Shown here: in pieces, positions 9,035-22,680 of the stretch
Numbering within the stretch: position 1 is the stretch's first letter
Layout of the letters: every line of letters starts with the position of its first letter
Assembly: GCA_963748235.1 (NCBI GenBank)
Contig: CAVVHT010000009.1
Coordinates: 826,162-890,161, forward strand
DNA: 64,000 bases
DNA from: an uncultured Chloroflexia bacterium
GTDB taxonomy: Bacteria > Chloroflexota > Limnocylindria > Limnocylindrales > CSP1-4
Direction: 5' to 3'
Made by a program: the position numbers and the translations under genes
Notes under the pieces: generated by a model
Databases searched by the model: none
Seen by the model: the letters and a program-made list of their open reading frames with translations, nothing else
Told to the model about the DNA's origin: nothing

Positions 9035-9769
9035 GTGCGCATCGGGGTGAAGCCCGGCCAGATCGGCCTGTCGATTGCCGACCTCAGACGCACGTGGCGC
9101 GAGGCTGAGGACGCCGGTTTCGAAAGCGTCTGGACTTTCGATCACCTCACGTCCGTCAACGGCCACCCGTTTTACGAGGCAATTGCCCTGCTGGCGGCGA
9201 TGGCCGAGATCACGTCGCACGTCCGCATCGGCTGCCTGGTGCTGTCGAACGGAACGCGACAACCGGAGACGCTGGCGGCAACGCTGGCAACGATCGATGC
9301 ACTGTCCGGAGGCAGGCTCGAGGTTGGACTTGGCATGGCCAGCCGGTTTGCCGAGCGCGATTTCGATGCTCTCGGCCTCGACTACGCGGATTGGCCGACT
9401 CGTTCGGCCCGGTTCGTCGCCACGGTTGATCGCCTGATCGAGCTGACCGGTGCAGGCTCGCCGCTCGGCGCACGGCCGGTTCAATCACCGCTGCCGCTGA
9501 TCCTGGGTGGCACTTCACGTGTCGTGCGCGAGCTGGCCATCAGCCGGGGATTGGCGTGGAATTTGTCCGGCGAATCGGCCGAGAGGTTCGCCGAGCTGAA
9601 GGCCGGTCAGTCGAGCCCGCAGGCCCAGGTCTTCCTCAAGTCGACCCCGTCACTGGCTGACACGGTCGAGCAATTCCGATCAGCGGGCGCTACCCGCCTC
9701 GTGCTGGTGATGGAGCCGCCGATCGAGCCGGGTGATGTCACGCGGCTGGCTGCCGCCGCGGGTCTCTAG
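9035..9769 (+). CDS. LLM-class (luciferase-like) F420-dependent oxidoreductase
   Basis: MRIGVKPGQIGLSIADLRRTWREAEDAGFESVWTFDHL is the canonical LLM N-terminus. At 244 aa it is short and could be affected by the indel noise. Confidence 0.7.
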   Translation: MRIGVKPGQIGLSIADLRRTWREAEDAGFESVWTFDHLTSVNGHPFYEAIALLAAMAEITSHVRIGCLVLSNGTRQPETLAATLATIDALSGGRLEVGLGMASRFAERDFDALGLDYADWPTRSARFVATVDRLIELTGAGSPLGARPVQSPLPLILGGTSRVVRELAISRGLAWNLSGESAERFAELKAGQSSPQAQVFLKSTPSLADTVEQFRSAGATRLVLVMEPPIEPGDVTRLAAAAGL

Positions 9770-11160
9770 CGCTCCGCAGCCACAGCATCCTCGAGTGCCG
9801 TAACCAGGATCTCGATGTCTGACGAGGTCGTCCGGTGCGAAGTGACGCATGCTCGCAGTGCGACGGTGGACGAATTCAGGCGAACCTGGGAGATCCAAGC
9901 CTGACCGCTCGAGACAACACGGTCCACGACTTCGGCGGTGCTGATGTCATTCCTGTCGATACGCGGATGGGTGAAGCACACGATGGCGAGCGGCGAGTCG
10001 TTGACGATGCGCCAGCCTCGCTCCACGAGGCGCGTCCGCAATAGCTCGGCTGTGCGTGCCTGGCTGGCAATCTGCTCACCCAGACCAGCCCACCCAAGCT
10101 CCGCGAGAGTCATGAACAGCTTCAGGCCGATGAACCGACGCGACCATTGGATCGAGGTCACGTACGGATCGAGCGTGTCGGCCACGGCGAATGGAACGTA
10201 AGAGGACGCCTCGACCCGAAAAGCCTGAAGGACCGGTTCGCGGTGGCGACAGAAGAACATCCCTGCGCCGACCGGGACAGACAGCCACTTGTGAGCGTCA
10301 CACGTGATGGAGTCGGCCTGCTCGATGCCATCGAGGTGACCGCGCAAGTCCGGCGCCATGATCGCCGCGCCACCCCAGGCAGCGTCGACGTGGAGCCACA
10401 GTTTCCGTTCGCGCGCGACCGCAGCGAGTTCAGCCAGCGGGTCGATCGCTCCGGCGGCCGTGGTTCCCGCCGTTGCGACGATCAGGAACGGTATGTCGCC
10501 CCGCGCTCGGTCACTGTCAATTTGGCGCACAAGATCGTCGGGGTCCATACGCAATCGGACGTCGACACGCACGTTGCGGACCGAATCACGCCCTAGCCCG
10601 GATTGGTGGGCGATCTTGAGGAAGGAGTGGTGGGCCTCGCCGGACAGGTAGAGCACGGGCTGCCCGGGGAGCGCCCGGACGCCGCCGTCGCCGTATTCCG
10701 CGAACGCGTAAGTGAGTGCGGCAGTCACGGCCGTCTGGTTTGCCTCCTGGCCGCCGGTAGTGAAATTGGAGATGCCTTCCTCCGGGTCAAAGCCGAACGC
10801 GCGCATGAACGTGGCGAGCACGTGGCGTTCGATCTCGTTGGCGATCGGTGCGTGCGGCCATGCGGCGAGCTGTGGGTTGTACGCCGCGGTAAGTGCGTCA
10901 GCCAGCACTCCAGCTCGGCGGACGGTCGGATTGAAGAGGCCGAAATAGCGAGGGTGGTTGACGTGGAGCGACCATCGCAGCAGCAGCTCGGCGACCTGGT
11001 CAACCAACTCTGGCAGCGCTATTGGATCGACGAAGTCGTAGGTGGCCAGGTGGGAGCGGATCTCCGCCGGCGTCACGTCCGGAGCTACCGGCAGCCGATC
11101 TAGCTCGAGCTCGTACCTGTCGATAGCGTCTACCAGGCTGGCCAACTCCAGATCTTCCAT
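9766..11160 (-). CDS. pyridoxal-phosphate-dependent group II decarboxylase
   Basis: PLP-lysine motif SITCDAHKWLSVPVGAGMF. 464 aa with a fold-type I decarboxylase layout. Confidence 0.85.
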   Translation of the reverse strand: MEDLELASLVDAIDRYELELDRLPVAPDVTPAEIRSHLATYDFVDPIALPELVDQVAELLLRWSLHVNHPRYFGLFNPTVRRAGVLADALTAAYNPQLAAWPHAPIANEIERHVLATFMRAFGFDPEEGISNFTTGGQEANQTAVTAALTYAFAEYGDGGVRALPGQPVLYLSGEAHHSFLKIAHQSGLGRDSVRNVRVDVRLRMDPDDLVRQIDSDRARGDIPFLIVATAGTTAAGAIDPLAELAAVARERKLWLHVDAAWGGAAIMAPDLRGHLDGIEQADSITCDAHKWLSVPVGAGMFFCRHREPVLQAFRVEASSYVPFAVADTLDPYVTSIQWSRRFIGLKLFMTLAELGWAGLGEQIASQARTAELLRTRLVERGWRIVNDSPLAIVCFTHPRIDRNDISTAEVVDRVVSSGQAWISQVRLNSSTVALRACVTSHRTTSSDIEILVTALEDAVAAER

Positions 11161-11211
11161 ACCTGCCGCGGATCTTGCGTAGCGCTCATCTGAACCCGGT
11201 GGCGGTAACGA

Positions 11212-12052
11212 TCATCTATCCGGTTGCCAGCAGACAAGACCAATCTTCGTCGATTGAGACTCGAATGCATATCGACCATCGCGCTCGATAAGCGCGTCAC
11301 TCACTAACTCGCGCAGCTTTCGATCCTTCGCGCTCCCCTCGCGCAGCCAAAGTTGGCGGCGCGCCATCGACATCGCTTCGTCAACTGAGGCGAGGCTGTG
11401 CGGCGTCCGGTCGACGAGACGCACCTCGGGCAGCTTCCCGCGCGCGAGCAACAGCACGAGCAGCTCGGGCAGGGCCGGAAGTCGGACGCGCGGCTCGCCG
11501 TGGATCTCGTTCCAGAACATGGTCGCAACCGTGGTCATCGCCGACTCGGCGAGCACCGCGACGCACAACCTTCGCGCGGACGCCTCGGCGGCGTCCAGGA
11601 ACGGGCCGATCTCGGCGATGTCATAGCCGACGTGCGCCATCAGTGCCACGTCGACCGGTGGGAGGAGACGCGAGCGGCCAGCGCCCCTCGATCACGCGAG
11701 TGTTCTCAATCCCGTTCGCGGCAGCGTCCTCGGACAGCGCGCCCAGCATCGACGGCGAAGGGTCGATCGCCACGACTTCGCGCACGGCTAAGGCCAGAGG
11801 CAGCGCGTATCGCCCTCCCCCGGCGCCGATGTCGAGCCACACTTCGTCCGGTTCCGCAAGAGCCAGCAATGCATTGAGCGACGGGTCATCGGTCCGGCGC
11901 GGATCGACCCTGAATTGGTGGGTCACCGGAGCGTAGAAGTCGGCCGGGTCCTGGACCTCGCGGCTGCGCTCGACCTGCTCCTTGTCGGCCTCAACACGGG
12001 CGCGCCAAGCCGCGAGCAGCTCGTCGACAGGCGGTGAGAACAGGTCGGTCAC
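11212..12052 (-). CDS. class I SAM-dependent methyltransferase (apparent frameshift near 11650)
   Basis: The N-terminal ORF (12052->11621) carries motif I VWLDIGAGGGRYALPLA. The C-terminal ORF (11649->11212) continues MALMAHVGYDIAEIG, typical of the region after the post-I motif. The two ORFs overlap in different frames. Confidence 0.6.
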
Positions 12053-12091
12053 CGAGTCAGGCTACGACTTGGGCCTAAACTCAACTGCGAG

Positions 12092-15849
<3,758 letters not shown>

Positions 15850-15951
15850 GGGCGCTATACTCGGCCCCGGCCGGTCGCGCCGCGCTCAACGACCTCCGCG
15901 GCTGGCCAACCCGTTTCTGAGCGCGACCTTGCGGAGGCCGTAGCGACCACC

Positions 15952-16242
15952 TTGTCCTCGAACGTCGCCCAGAGCTATCCCTACACGACCGAAACCGAGT
16001 CCGAGCGCGCCCTGAAAATCGCGGCGCTGACGGAGCAGTTCGATGGCCTGCGCGACAAGATCGCGGCCGAGAGCGAGCCGGTTGCCTATGACGATCCAGA
16101 GGAGCCCGGCCGGCCGAATCGGATGTGGGTCTTCGTGTGTCCCAAACATGTCTCGGGCCGGCTGCACGTCGCAGGCTATGCCCGCGAGCGACACGCCCTG
16201 TTCGCGGTCTGCGACGAGGGCGGCGAAACCTACCTCCGCTGA
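15952..16242 (+). CDS. small hypothetical protein (Cys/His-containing)
   Basis: High GC3. Contains MWVFVCPKHVSGRLHVAGYARERHALFAVCDEGGETYL. Sits 15 bp upstream of the zinc-ribbon membrane protein gene. Confidence 0.45.
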   Translation: MSSNVAQSYPYTTETESERALKIAALTEQFDGLRDKIAAESEPVAYDDPEEPGRPNRMWVFVCPKHVSGRLHVAGYARERHALFAVCDEGGETYLR

Positions 16243-16257
16243 CCGCCTCGGCGCTCG

Positions 16258-17418
16258 ATGGCTGACGAGGAGACGCGCCCGAAATCGCCGGTCGTCACCT
16301 GTCACCAGTGCGGCAACGAGGTTCCGCGGCTCGCGTTCTGCATCCGCTGCGGCGACCCTCTCGACGACGAGTACAACGCGGAGTCCCAGCGCCAGCAGCG
16401 GCGCCGCTTCGCAGCAGCGCCGGATGAGCCGCTCGCGACCGTCGCGCTGAGCACCCTATTCCCGCAGCTGCCGCGGGCCGAGATGCGCTACTTCCGGATT
16501 GCGCTCGGCGTCGGAGTGGCGATCGTCGTCGCTCTTGGGCTGCTCGGCTTCTTCCCGATGGCGCTCGTTGCCGCGGCCGTGCTCGTGCCGACGCTGATGG
16601 TTCTCTACCTGTACGTGACCGACATCTACGAGGACGAGCCGCTGTGGGTCTATGCCGCCACGATGCTCTGGGGTGCGCTCGCAGGCGTCGTCTACGGGCT
16701 GGCCGTGCGCAACCTATCGACTGGGAGTGCCTTTGGCGGACCGGATGTGCCGGCGATTCTGCTCGCCGGCGTGGCATTGCCGCTTGTCGAGGGGGCGCTG
16801 ATGATCGCTGGCCCGCTGCTTCTGCTTCGACTGCCACGCTTCAACGACGTGCTCGACGGCGCTACCTTCGGTGCTGCCTCGGCAGTCACCTTCAGCGGCG
16901 CCCACCTGCTCGTTCAGTCGGCCGACCTGCTCGGCGCGGGACTGCGGCCGGCTGGTGATCCCTTGCCGTGGGTCATCCAGCTCGTCTCGCTCGGAGTCCT
17001 GCAGCCGGTCATCGCGGCCGGCGCCATCGGTGCCGCCGCAGCCGCCTTCTGGCTGCGTTATCGCGCTCCGATTACCGACCGCCACGCGCTCGGCATCGTC
17101 GGCCGTCCGTGGGCGGCGCTCCTGTTCGCTGCCGCTCTCCTGGTCGTTGCCGGACTGGCGAAATCAATGCTGACGCTTATTCCAGCCACGATCGTGCTCG
17201 CCGCCGTCGCGGCAGTGGCGCTGATCTGGCTGCGTCGCGCCATTCACCTCGGCCTGCTCCAGGAAGCACGCGAGATCGAGGTCGAGCGCTCGATTGCGTG
17301 CCCGAACTGCGGCCACACCACGCCAGAGCACACCTTCTGCGGCCACTGCGGCATCGCCCTGCGGGCGCTGCCGCGCGGCGCGTCAGCCAAGCGTGCCGCG
17401 AAGGAAGCTCACCAATGA
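16258..17418 (+). CDS. polytopic membrane protein with N- and C-terminal zinc-ribbon motifs; possibly a PrsW/CAAX-like intramembrane protease
   Basis: N-terminal CHQCG...CIRCG, C-terminal CPNCG...CGHCG, and at least six TM helices. Possible protease-like motifs YEDEP, LVEGA, SGAHLL. The stop overlaps the downstream ATG (ATGA). Confidence 0.65.
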   Translation: MADEETRPKSPVVTCHQCGNEVPRLAFCIRCGDPLDDEYNAESQRQQRRRFAAAPDEPLATVALSTLFPQLPRAEMRYFRIALGVGVAIVVALGLLGFFPMALVAAAVLVPTLMVLYLYVTDIYEDEPLWVYAATMLWGALAGVVYGLAVRNLSTGSAFGGPDVPAILLAGVALPLVEGALMIAGPLLLLRLPRFNDVLDGATFGAASAVTFSGAHLLVQSADLLGAGLRPAGDPLPWVIQLVSLGVLQPVIAAGAIGAAAAAFWLRYRAPITDRHALGIVGRPWAALLFAAALLVVAGLAKSMLTLIPATIVLAAVAAVALIWLRRAIHLGLLQEAREIEVERSIACPNCGHTTPEHTFCGHCGIALRALPRGASAKRAAKEAHQ

Positions 17419-18373
17419 GCGGCCCTCAGCAGCCGCTTCAGCCACCGCCCGGCTACGGCTACCCGCCTTCTCAGGGATACGGCACGCCACCGCCGGGATA
17501 TGGACCGCCGCCCGGCTACGGATATGGCGCGCCGCCACCACCGGGCGGTTCGCGCATGGGCGCCGGTGCCATCGTCGCCGTGTTCGTCGGAGTGCTGGTC
17601 GCCGTTGCGTTGATCGCCGGCCTGGTCGTGTTGCTCAATCAGCCGCCGCCGCCGGTCCCGGACTGCCAGCCTGGCACACCCTGTGCCCCTCGACCGACAC
17701 TGCCGCCGATCGCCGACCGCTCACCGCTTCCGACGGTGCAGCCGACCAGCGAGCCTTCGCCATCGGCGTTGCCCAGCCCGACGACACCCGGGCAGACGCA
17801 ACCGCACCCGCTACAGCCTGTCGCCGACGGGTGGACCGCTGCCGACCGCGACGCCCGGGCTCGGACTCGCCACCCGCCGTCACCGGCCAGACGTGGACCA
17901 GCTCGACGCTCGGCTACTCCTTCGAATACGACCCTGAGATCTTCGAGCTGGCCAGCGAGGACGACGACACGGCCGTATTCAGTGGCACTTTCTTCGACGC
18001 CCAGGTCGTGGTCGAGGCGACCGACGCGACGACTTCACCGGCCGAGATGCTCGCCCGCCAGCTGGCCAAGGTCGACGAGCGGATCATCGCCCGCGCGCCC
18101 GACTCCGACGAGTACGACGCGTTGCTCGGCCCGAGCATCGGCTACATCCGCGGCGAGGGCGCGGTGTTCGGTGGCACACTCCTCGGCCGCGACGGCACTC
18201 CCGTGGCACCTGCCGGCGTGGTCGTCATGTCTTCGACCGACGGGCGCATCACCGTCGCCGTGATCCTGCTGGTTGCCACGCCCGACGTTCGCCTCGGCTC
18301 CGACACGCACCTGCACGCCGTGCGCGACGCGGCCGACGACTTCCTCAAGACCTTCAACTGGGGTGGAACGTGA
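17415..18373 (+). CDS. PPGYG-repeat single-pass membrane protein with Pro-rich linker and C-terminal extracytoplasmic domain (frameshifted near 17820-17890)
   Basis: MSGPQQPLQPPPGYGYPPSQGYGTPPPGYGPPPGYGYGAPPPPGG, then TM helix AIVAVFVGVLVAVALIAGLVVLL, then a PT-rich linker. The domain TWTSSTLGYSFEYDPEIF...FLKTFNWGGT is in another frame. Confidence 0.55.
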
Positions 18374-20038
18374 GACGCGCGGGGCTGATCCTGGCTCTGC
18401 TCGCGCTGCTCGGGTTGTGGCGCGCCGGCGACCGATTTCGAGCGCTGAGCTCATGTCGACCTCGGACCGACGGCCGCCGATGAGCAGGTCCAGTTCACGG
18501 TCAGCCTGCGGCTGCCCGGCGCGGCCGCCCTCGACGAGTACCTTGCCGGCCTCACATCGCCCGGCTCGCGCTACTACCGCAAGTACCTGCGCCCGGCCGA
18601 GTTCGGCGCCCGCTTTGGCCTCGACGACGAGCAGCTCGGGCGCGTCGTCGCGTGGCTCGAGCAGGGTGGCCTGGAGGTCGCCGCGTCGCCGCAGCGCACC
18701 TCGCTGGCGGTCAGCGGCCGCGTCGCGGAGGTGAACCGGCTGCTCGACATCACCCTCGTCGACCGCCAGAACGCGAGCGGTGACCGCTTCCACCGCCCTG
18801 TTGGCCAGCCGAGCGTGCCGCGATGACGTCGAGCGCCGACGTGGCAGCGATCCTGGGCCTCGACACCGAGCCGCTGATCGAGCCCGCGCTCGGCGGCATC
18901 CTCGCCGCCGGCGTCGGCGCTGACGGCCTGCTGCCGGCGACCGTTGCGCGCGCGTACGAGATCGAGCCGCTTCACGCGGCCGGGCTGCACGGCCAGGATC
19001 AGGCGGTCGCGATCGTCTCGTTCGACACGTTCACGCCGAGCGACGTCGACCTGTTCGACGAGCGCCAGGCCATCGACTCGCCGCCGGTCGAGCTGGTCCG
19101 CCTCGATGGCGCTCGAACCGAGCCCGGCCCGGGCACGGGCGAGGTCGCGCTCGACATCCAGGTCATCCGCGGCATCGCGCCGCAGGCGCGGATCATCAAC
19201 TACGAGGGGCCGAACTCGGCCGACGGGTTCGCCGGCATCATCAATCGCATCGTGGCCGACGACCAGGTGCGCATCGTGAGCATCAGCTGGGGCTTGTGCG
19301 AGAACCACGCCGGCCGGAGCACGCTCGAGGCGATGCAGCGCGAGTTCGCGGCCGCCTTTGCGGCGGGCATCAGCGTCTTCGCCGCGAGCGGCGACGACGG
19401 CGCCTACGACTGCCGCCGCGTCGCAGATCTCGGCGGATCCGTTCGAGCGCGACCTGTCGCTTGCGGTCGACTGGCCAGCCTCGAGCCCGAGCGTCGTGGG
19501 CGTTGGCGGCACTTTCCTCTCTACCCGCCAGGACGGCACGTACATCGAGGAGGCCGGCTGGGAGGAGCCACTCGGCGGTGGCGGTGGCGGTGGCGGGCTG
19601 AGCCGCTTCCAGGAGCGGCCCGACTGGCAGCGCGGAGCCGGGGTCGAAAACGCGGCCAGCAACGGCATGCGCCAGGTGCCCGACGTGGCCGGCCCGGCCG
19701 ACCCGACGAGCGGCTTCTTCATCGTCTACACCGAGCCGAGCGAAGGAGTTGTCGCCGGCCGCGTCGGCGGCACCAGCGCCGCGGCACCGTTCTGGGCTGG
19801 CTCGATGCTGCTCACCCAGCAGCTCGCTCAGCAGCAGGGCGTCGAGGCGCTCGGCGCCATCGGGCCGACGCTGTACGAGATCGCCGGCGAGCAGCCGGCC
19901 GGCGCCGTGTTCCACGACATCATCCGCGGCGGAAACCTGCTGTTCAGCGCCGGCCCGGGCTGGGACTTCTCGACCGGTCTCGGCACTCCCCGCGTTGCGC
20001 CGCTCGCCCAGGCGATCGTCGACCACCTCTCCGAGTGA
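18370..20038 (+). CDS. peptidase S53 (sedolisin/kumamolisin-like) with propeptide; about three apparent frameshifts
   Basis: Signal peptide (GTG start, LILALLALLGL); pro-kumamolisin-type propeptide (QVQFTVSLRLPGAAALDEYL...WLEQGGLEV); catalytic SGDDG and GGTSAAAPFWAG. Frame switches near 18450, 18820 and 19440. Gly8 run at about 19570. Confidence 0.75.
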
Positions 20039-20062
20039 CGCGCCACATCCAAGGGTGAGGCG

Positions 20063-21436
20063 CTAGCCCTCCAGCTGGTGCGCAGCCTCGCTGAAGAGGC
20101 CGCCCATCGCGCGCGATGTCGTCGGGAAGGCGGTGATCGTCTGCGCCAGTACCTCGATCCTGGTGCGCGTCTTGATCGCCAGCACGGCCATGTGAATCGC
20201 CTCTGACGCACCCGGGCCGGCGATGAACGCGCCGACGAGCTCGCGCGCGTCGCGGTCGACGACGATCGAAACGTGGCCGGATGCCTCCACCGCCTGGCCC
20301 TTGGCCGTTTCGGCAAGGTCGACCGTCAGCTCGAAGGCATCGATGCCCTTGTCCTTCGCCTGGTCGACCAGCAGTCCGACACCGCCCGTCTCGGGGTCGG
20401 TGTAGACGCAGCGCGGGATTGCCCGGTAGTCGGGCGTGACGTCGTCGCCGAGAGCAATCGCGACTGCCGTCTCGCCCTGGTAGTGCGCGAGGTGGGTGTG
20501 CATCTCGGGACCGGCCGGATCGCCAACGACGTACGTGTCGGGGGCAATGCGCATCTTCTCGTCGGGCGAGACGCGGCCCTTGACGATCTCGACACCGATC
20601 GCATCGAGACCCAGGCCGTCGAGGGGCAGCGTCCGGCCGATCGACAGCATCAGCTCGTGACCCTCGACCGACGTGCCATCGGCGAGCTTGACGACGTGAG
20701 CGCCATCCTTCCCGGCACTGGGCTCGACGCTCTCGGCACGGACGCCGAGGCGCAGCTCGACTCCGTCCGCGCGCAGCCCTTCGGCGATCGCCTCCGAGCT
20801 GCGCGGATGGTCGCGGTCGTTAAGCCGTTTCGGCGACTGGACGAGCGTGACCGGCACGCCATAGCGGGCGAAGACCTGGGCCATCTCGAGCCCGGTCGGG
20901 CCGCCGCCCAGGATGGCCAGGCTGCGCGGCAGGGTCGCGCGTGCTGGTCGCCTCGCGATTGGTCCACGGCTTGACCTGGTCGAGGCCGGGCAGGTCCGGC
21001 ACGGTCGAGCGGCTGCCCACGGCGACGATCAGGTTGCGACCTGTGATCTCGCGCGTGCCGCCGCCCTTGGTCATCTTCACGCGTCACCGCGCCCGGCCCG
21101 ATGATCGTCGCCTCGCCGCGGATCACCTCGGCGCCGGCGTCCTCGAGCCGCTTGACGTGGCCGCTGTCGTCGGGCCAGTCGAGCTTGACGCGGTTGATCA
21201 TGTAGTCGCGGAAGTCGGACGCCCGCGGCCATGCCATAGCCACTGCCCTTGGCGTGCACGGCCGCCGCGTGGAGCAGCGCCTTGGATGGCACGCACGCCC
21301 AGAACGGGCACGAGCCACCGAACAGCTCGCGGTCGATGATCGCCACTGTTGCGCCACGCCGCCGCGCCTCGTGCGCGGCGGCCTCGCCGCCCGCGCCGGC
21401 ACCGACGATGACGAAGTCGAAGTCGGGGCCGCTCAC
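20063..21436 (-). CDS. class I pyridine nucleotide-disulfide oxidoreductase (dihydrolipoamide dehydrogenase / mycothione-reductase-like), about three apparent frameshifts
   Basis: FAD motif DFVIVGAGAGG; redox-active disulfide GGSCPFWACVPSK; NAD motif LAILGGGP (out of frame); C-terminal dimerisation domain with ITAFPTTSRAMGG. Confidence 0.8.
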
Positions 21437-22640
21437 CTCTCCGCGCCGAGCAGCAGCGCGGCAATCAGCGTCGTGCGCGGCACGATCGAGTCGATCTCGA
21501 GGTACTCGCCCGGCGCGTGATCGGCGCCGCCAACTGGGCCGAGGCCGTCGAGCGTCGGCACGCCCATGCCCGACGTCGTGTTCGCGTCGGACGCACCACC
21601 GGTCGCCGCGTCACGCAGCTCGAAGCCCAGCCGAGCGGCGATGTCGATCGCCTGCTCGGCGAGCGCGGCAGTCGCCGGCTTCTTCTCCATGGGCGGCCAG
21701 AAGTGACGCTGCGTCGCGGTTGCCGTCACGTCGGCGACCGTGTTCGTGGCCGCGATCTCCCTGATCGCCGCCTCCACCTCTGCCATCGCCTCGCTCGTCG
21801 TGGCGCGGACGTCGATCTCGAGCTCGGTGCGCTCGGCGACGACGTTCGGCCGCGTGCCGCCGCGCACGACGCCGACGTTGACCGTCACGCCCGGCCAGCG
21901 GCCGTTGAGCGCGTGGAGCGCCAGGATCTTGTGCGCGGCCTCGAGCGTCGAGCTGCTGCCCTTTTCCGGCTCCACTCCTGCATGCGCGGCGCGACCGTCG
22001 ATTCGGATCAGGAAATCGGCGATTCCCTTGCGCGCACTGACGATGTCGCCGTTCTCGCGCGCCGACTCGAGCACGAGCGCAATCGACGCGCCCTCGGCGC
22101 AGCGCCGGATGACGGCAGTGCTCGTCGGCGAGCCGATCTCCTCGTCGGGATTGGCGACGTACACCAGGCGACCGAACGGCAGCCATCGCTGACCGGTGTC
22201 CCGGCCGGGTGGAGAGCGCGCAGCGCCCGCAACGCGTACAGCCCGCCGAGCAGGCCGCCCTTCATGTCGTCGACGCCGGGCCCGTAGGCACGCCCATCGC
22301 GGACGGTGAAAGGACGCTCGGCAACCGTGCCGTCGGCGAAGACCGTGTCGAGGTGGCCGACCAGCAGCGCTCGTGAGCTCCCGGCCCCCTCGAGCTCGCC
22401 GATGACGATGTCGCCGAGCTCGGCGTTGGCCTCGACCGTCACCGCCGCGCCCAGATCGGCCAGCTGATCGGCCATCCAGCGGCCGACCTCGTCGACGCCG
22501 TCCTTGGTGTACGAGCCGCAGTCGATGTTGACCAGTCGCTCGAGATCGGCCATGTAGGCGGGCAGGCTGGCCTCGATGTGGTCGCGCAGCCTGCCGAGCT
22601 CTTCGTCGGTGACCTGCCCGACCGTTGTGTCGATTGCCAT
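21433..22640 (-). CDS. M20 family metallopeptidase (ArgE/DapE/CPG2/Sapep-like), one apparent frameshift near 22200
   Basis: LLVGHLDTVF, GPGVDDMKGG, NPDEEIGSP, EYLEIDSIVPRTTLIAALL. Overlaps the downstream oxidoreductase start by 4 bp. Confidence 0.8.
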
Positions 22641-22680
22641 GTCGGCAGGGTAATCGACCGCCCATATACTCCGCCCCACC

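Noticed and set aside
18574-19722. 382-aa minus-strand ORF
   Set aside because: It is antisense to the S53 peptidase gene, whose catalytic motifs are unambiguous. It is Pro/Ala/Arg-rich low-complexity, typical of high-GC shadow ORFs.
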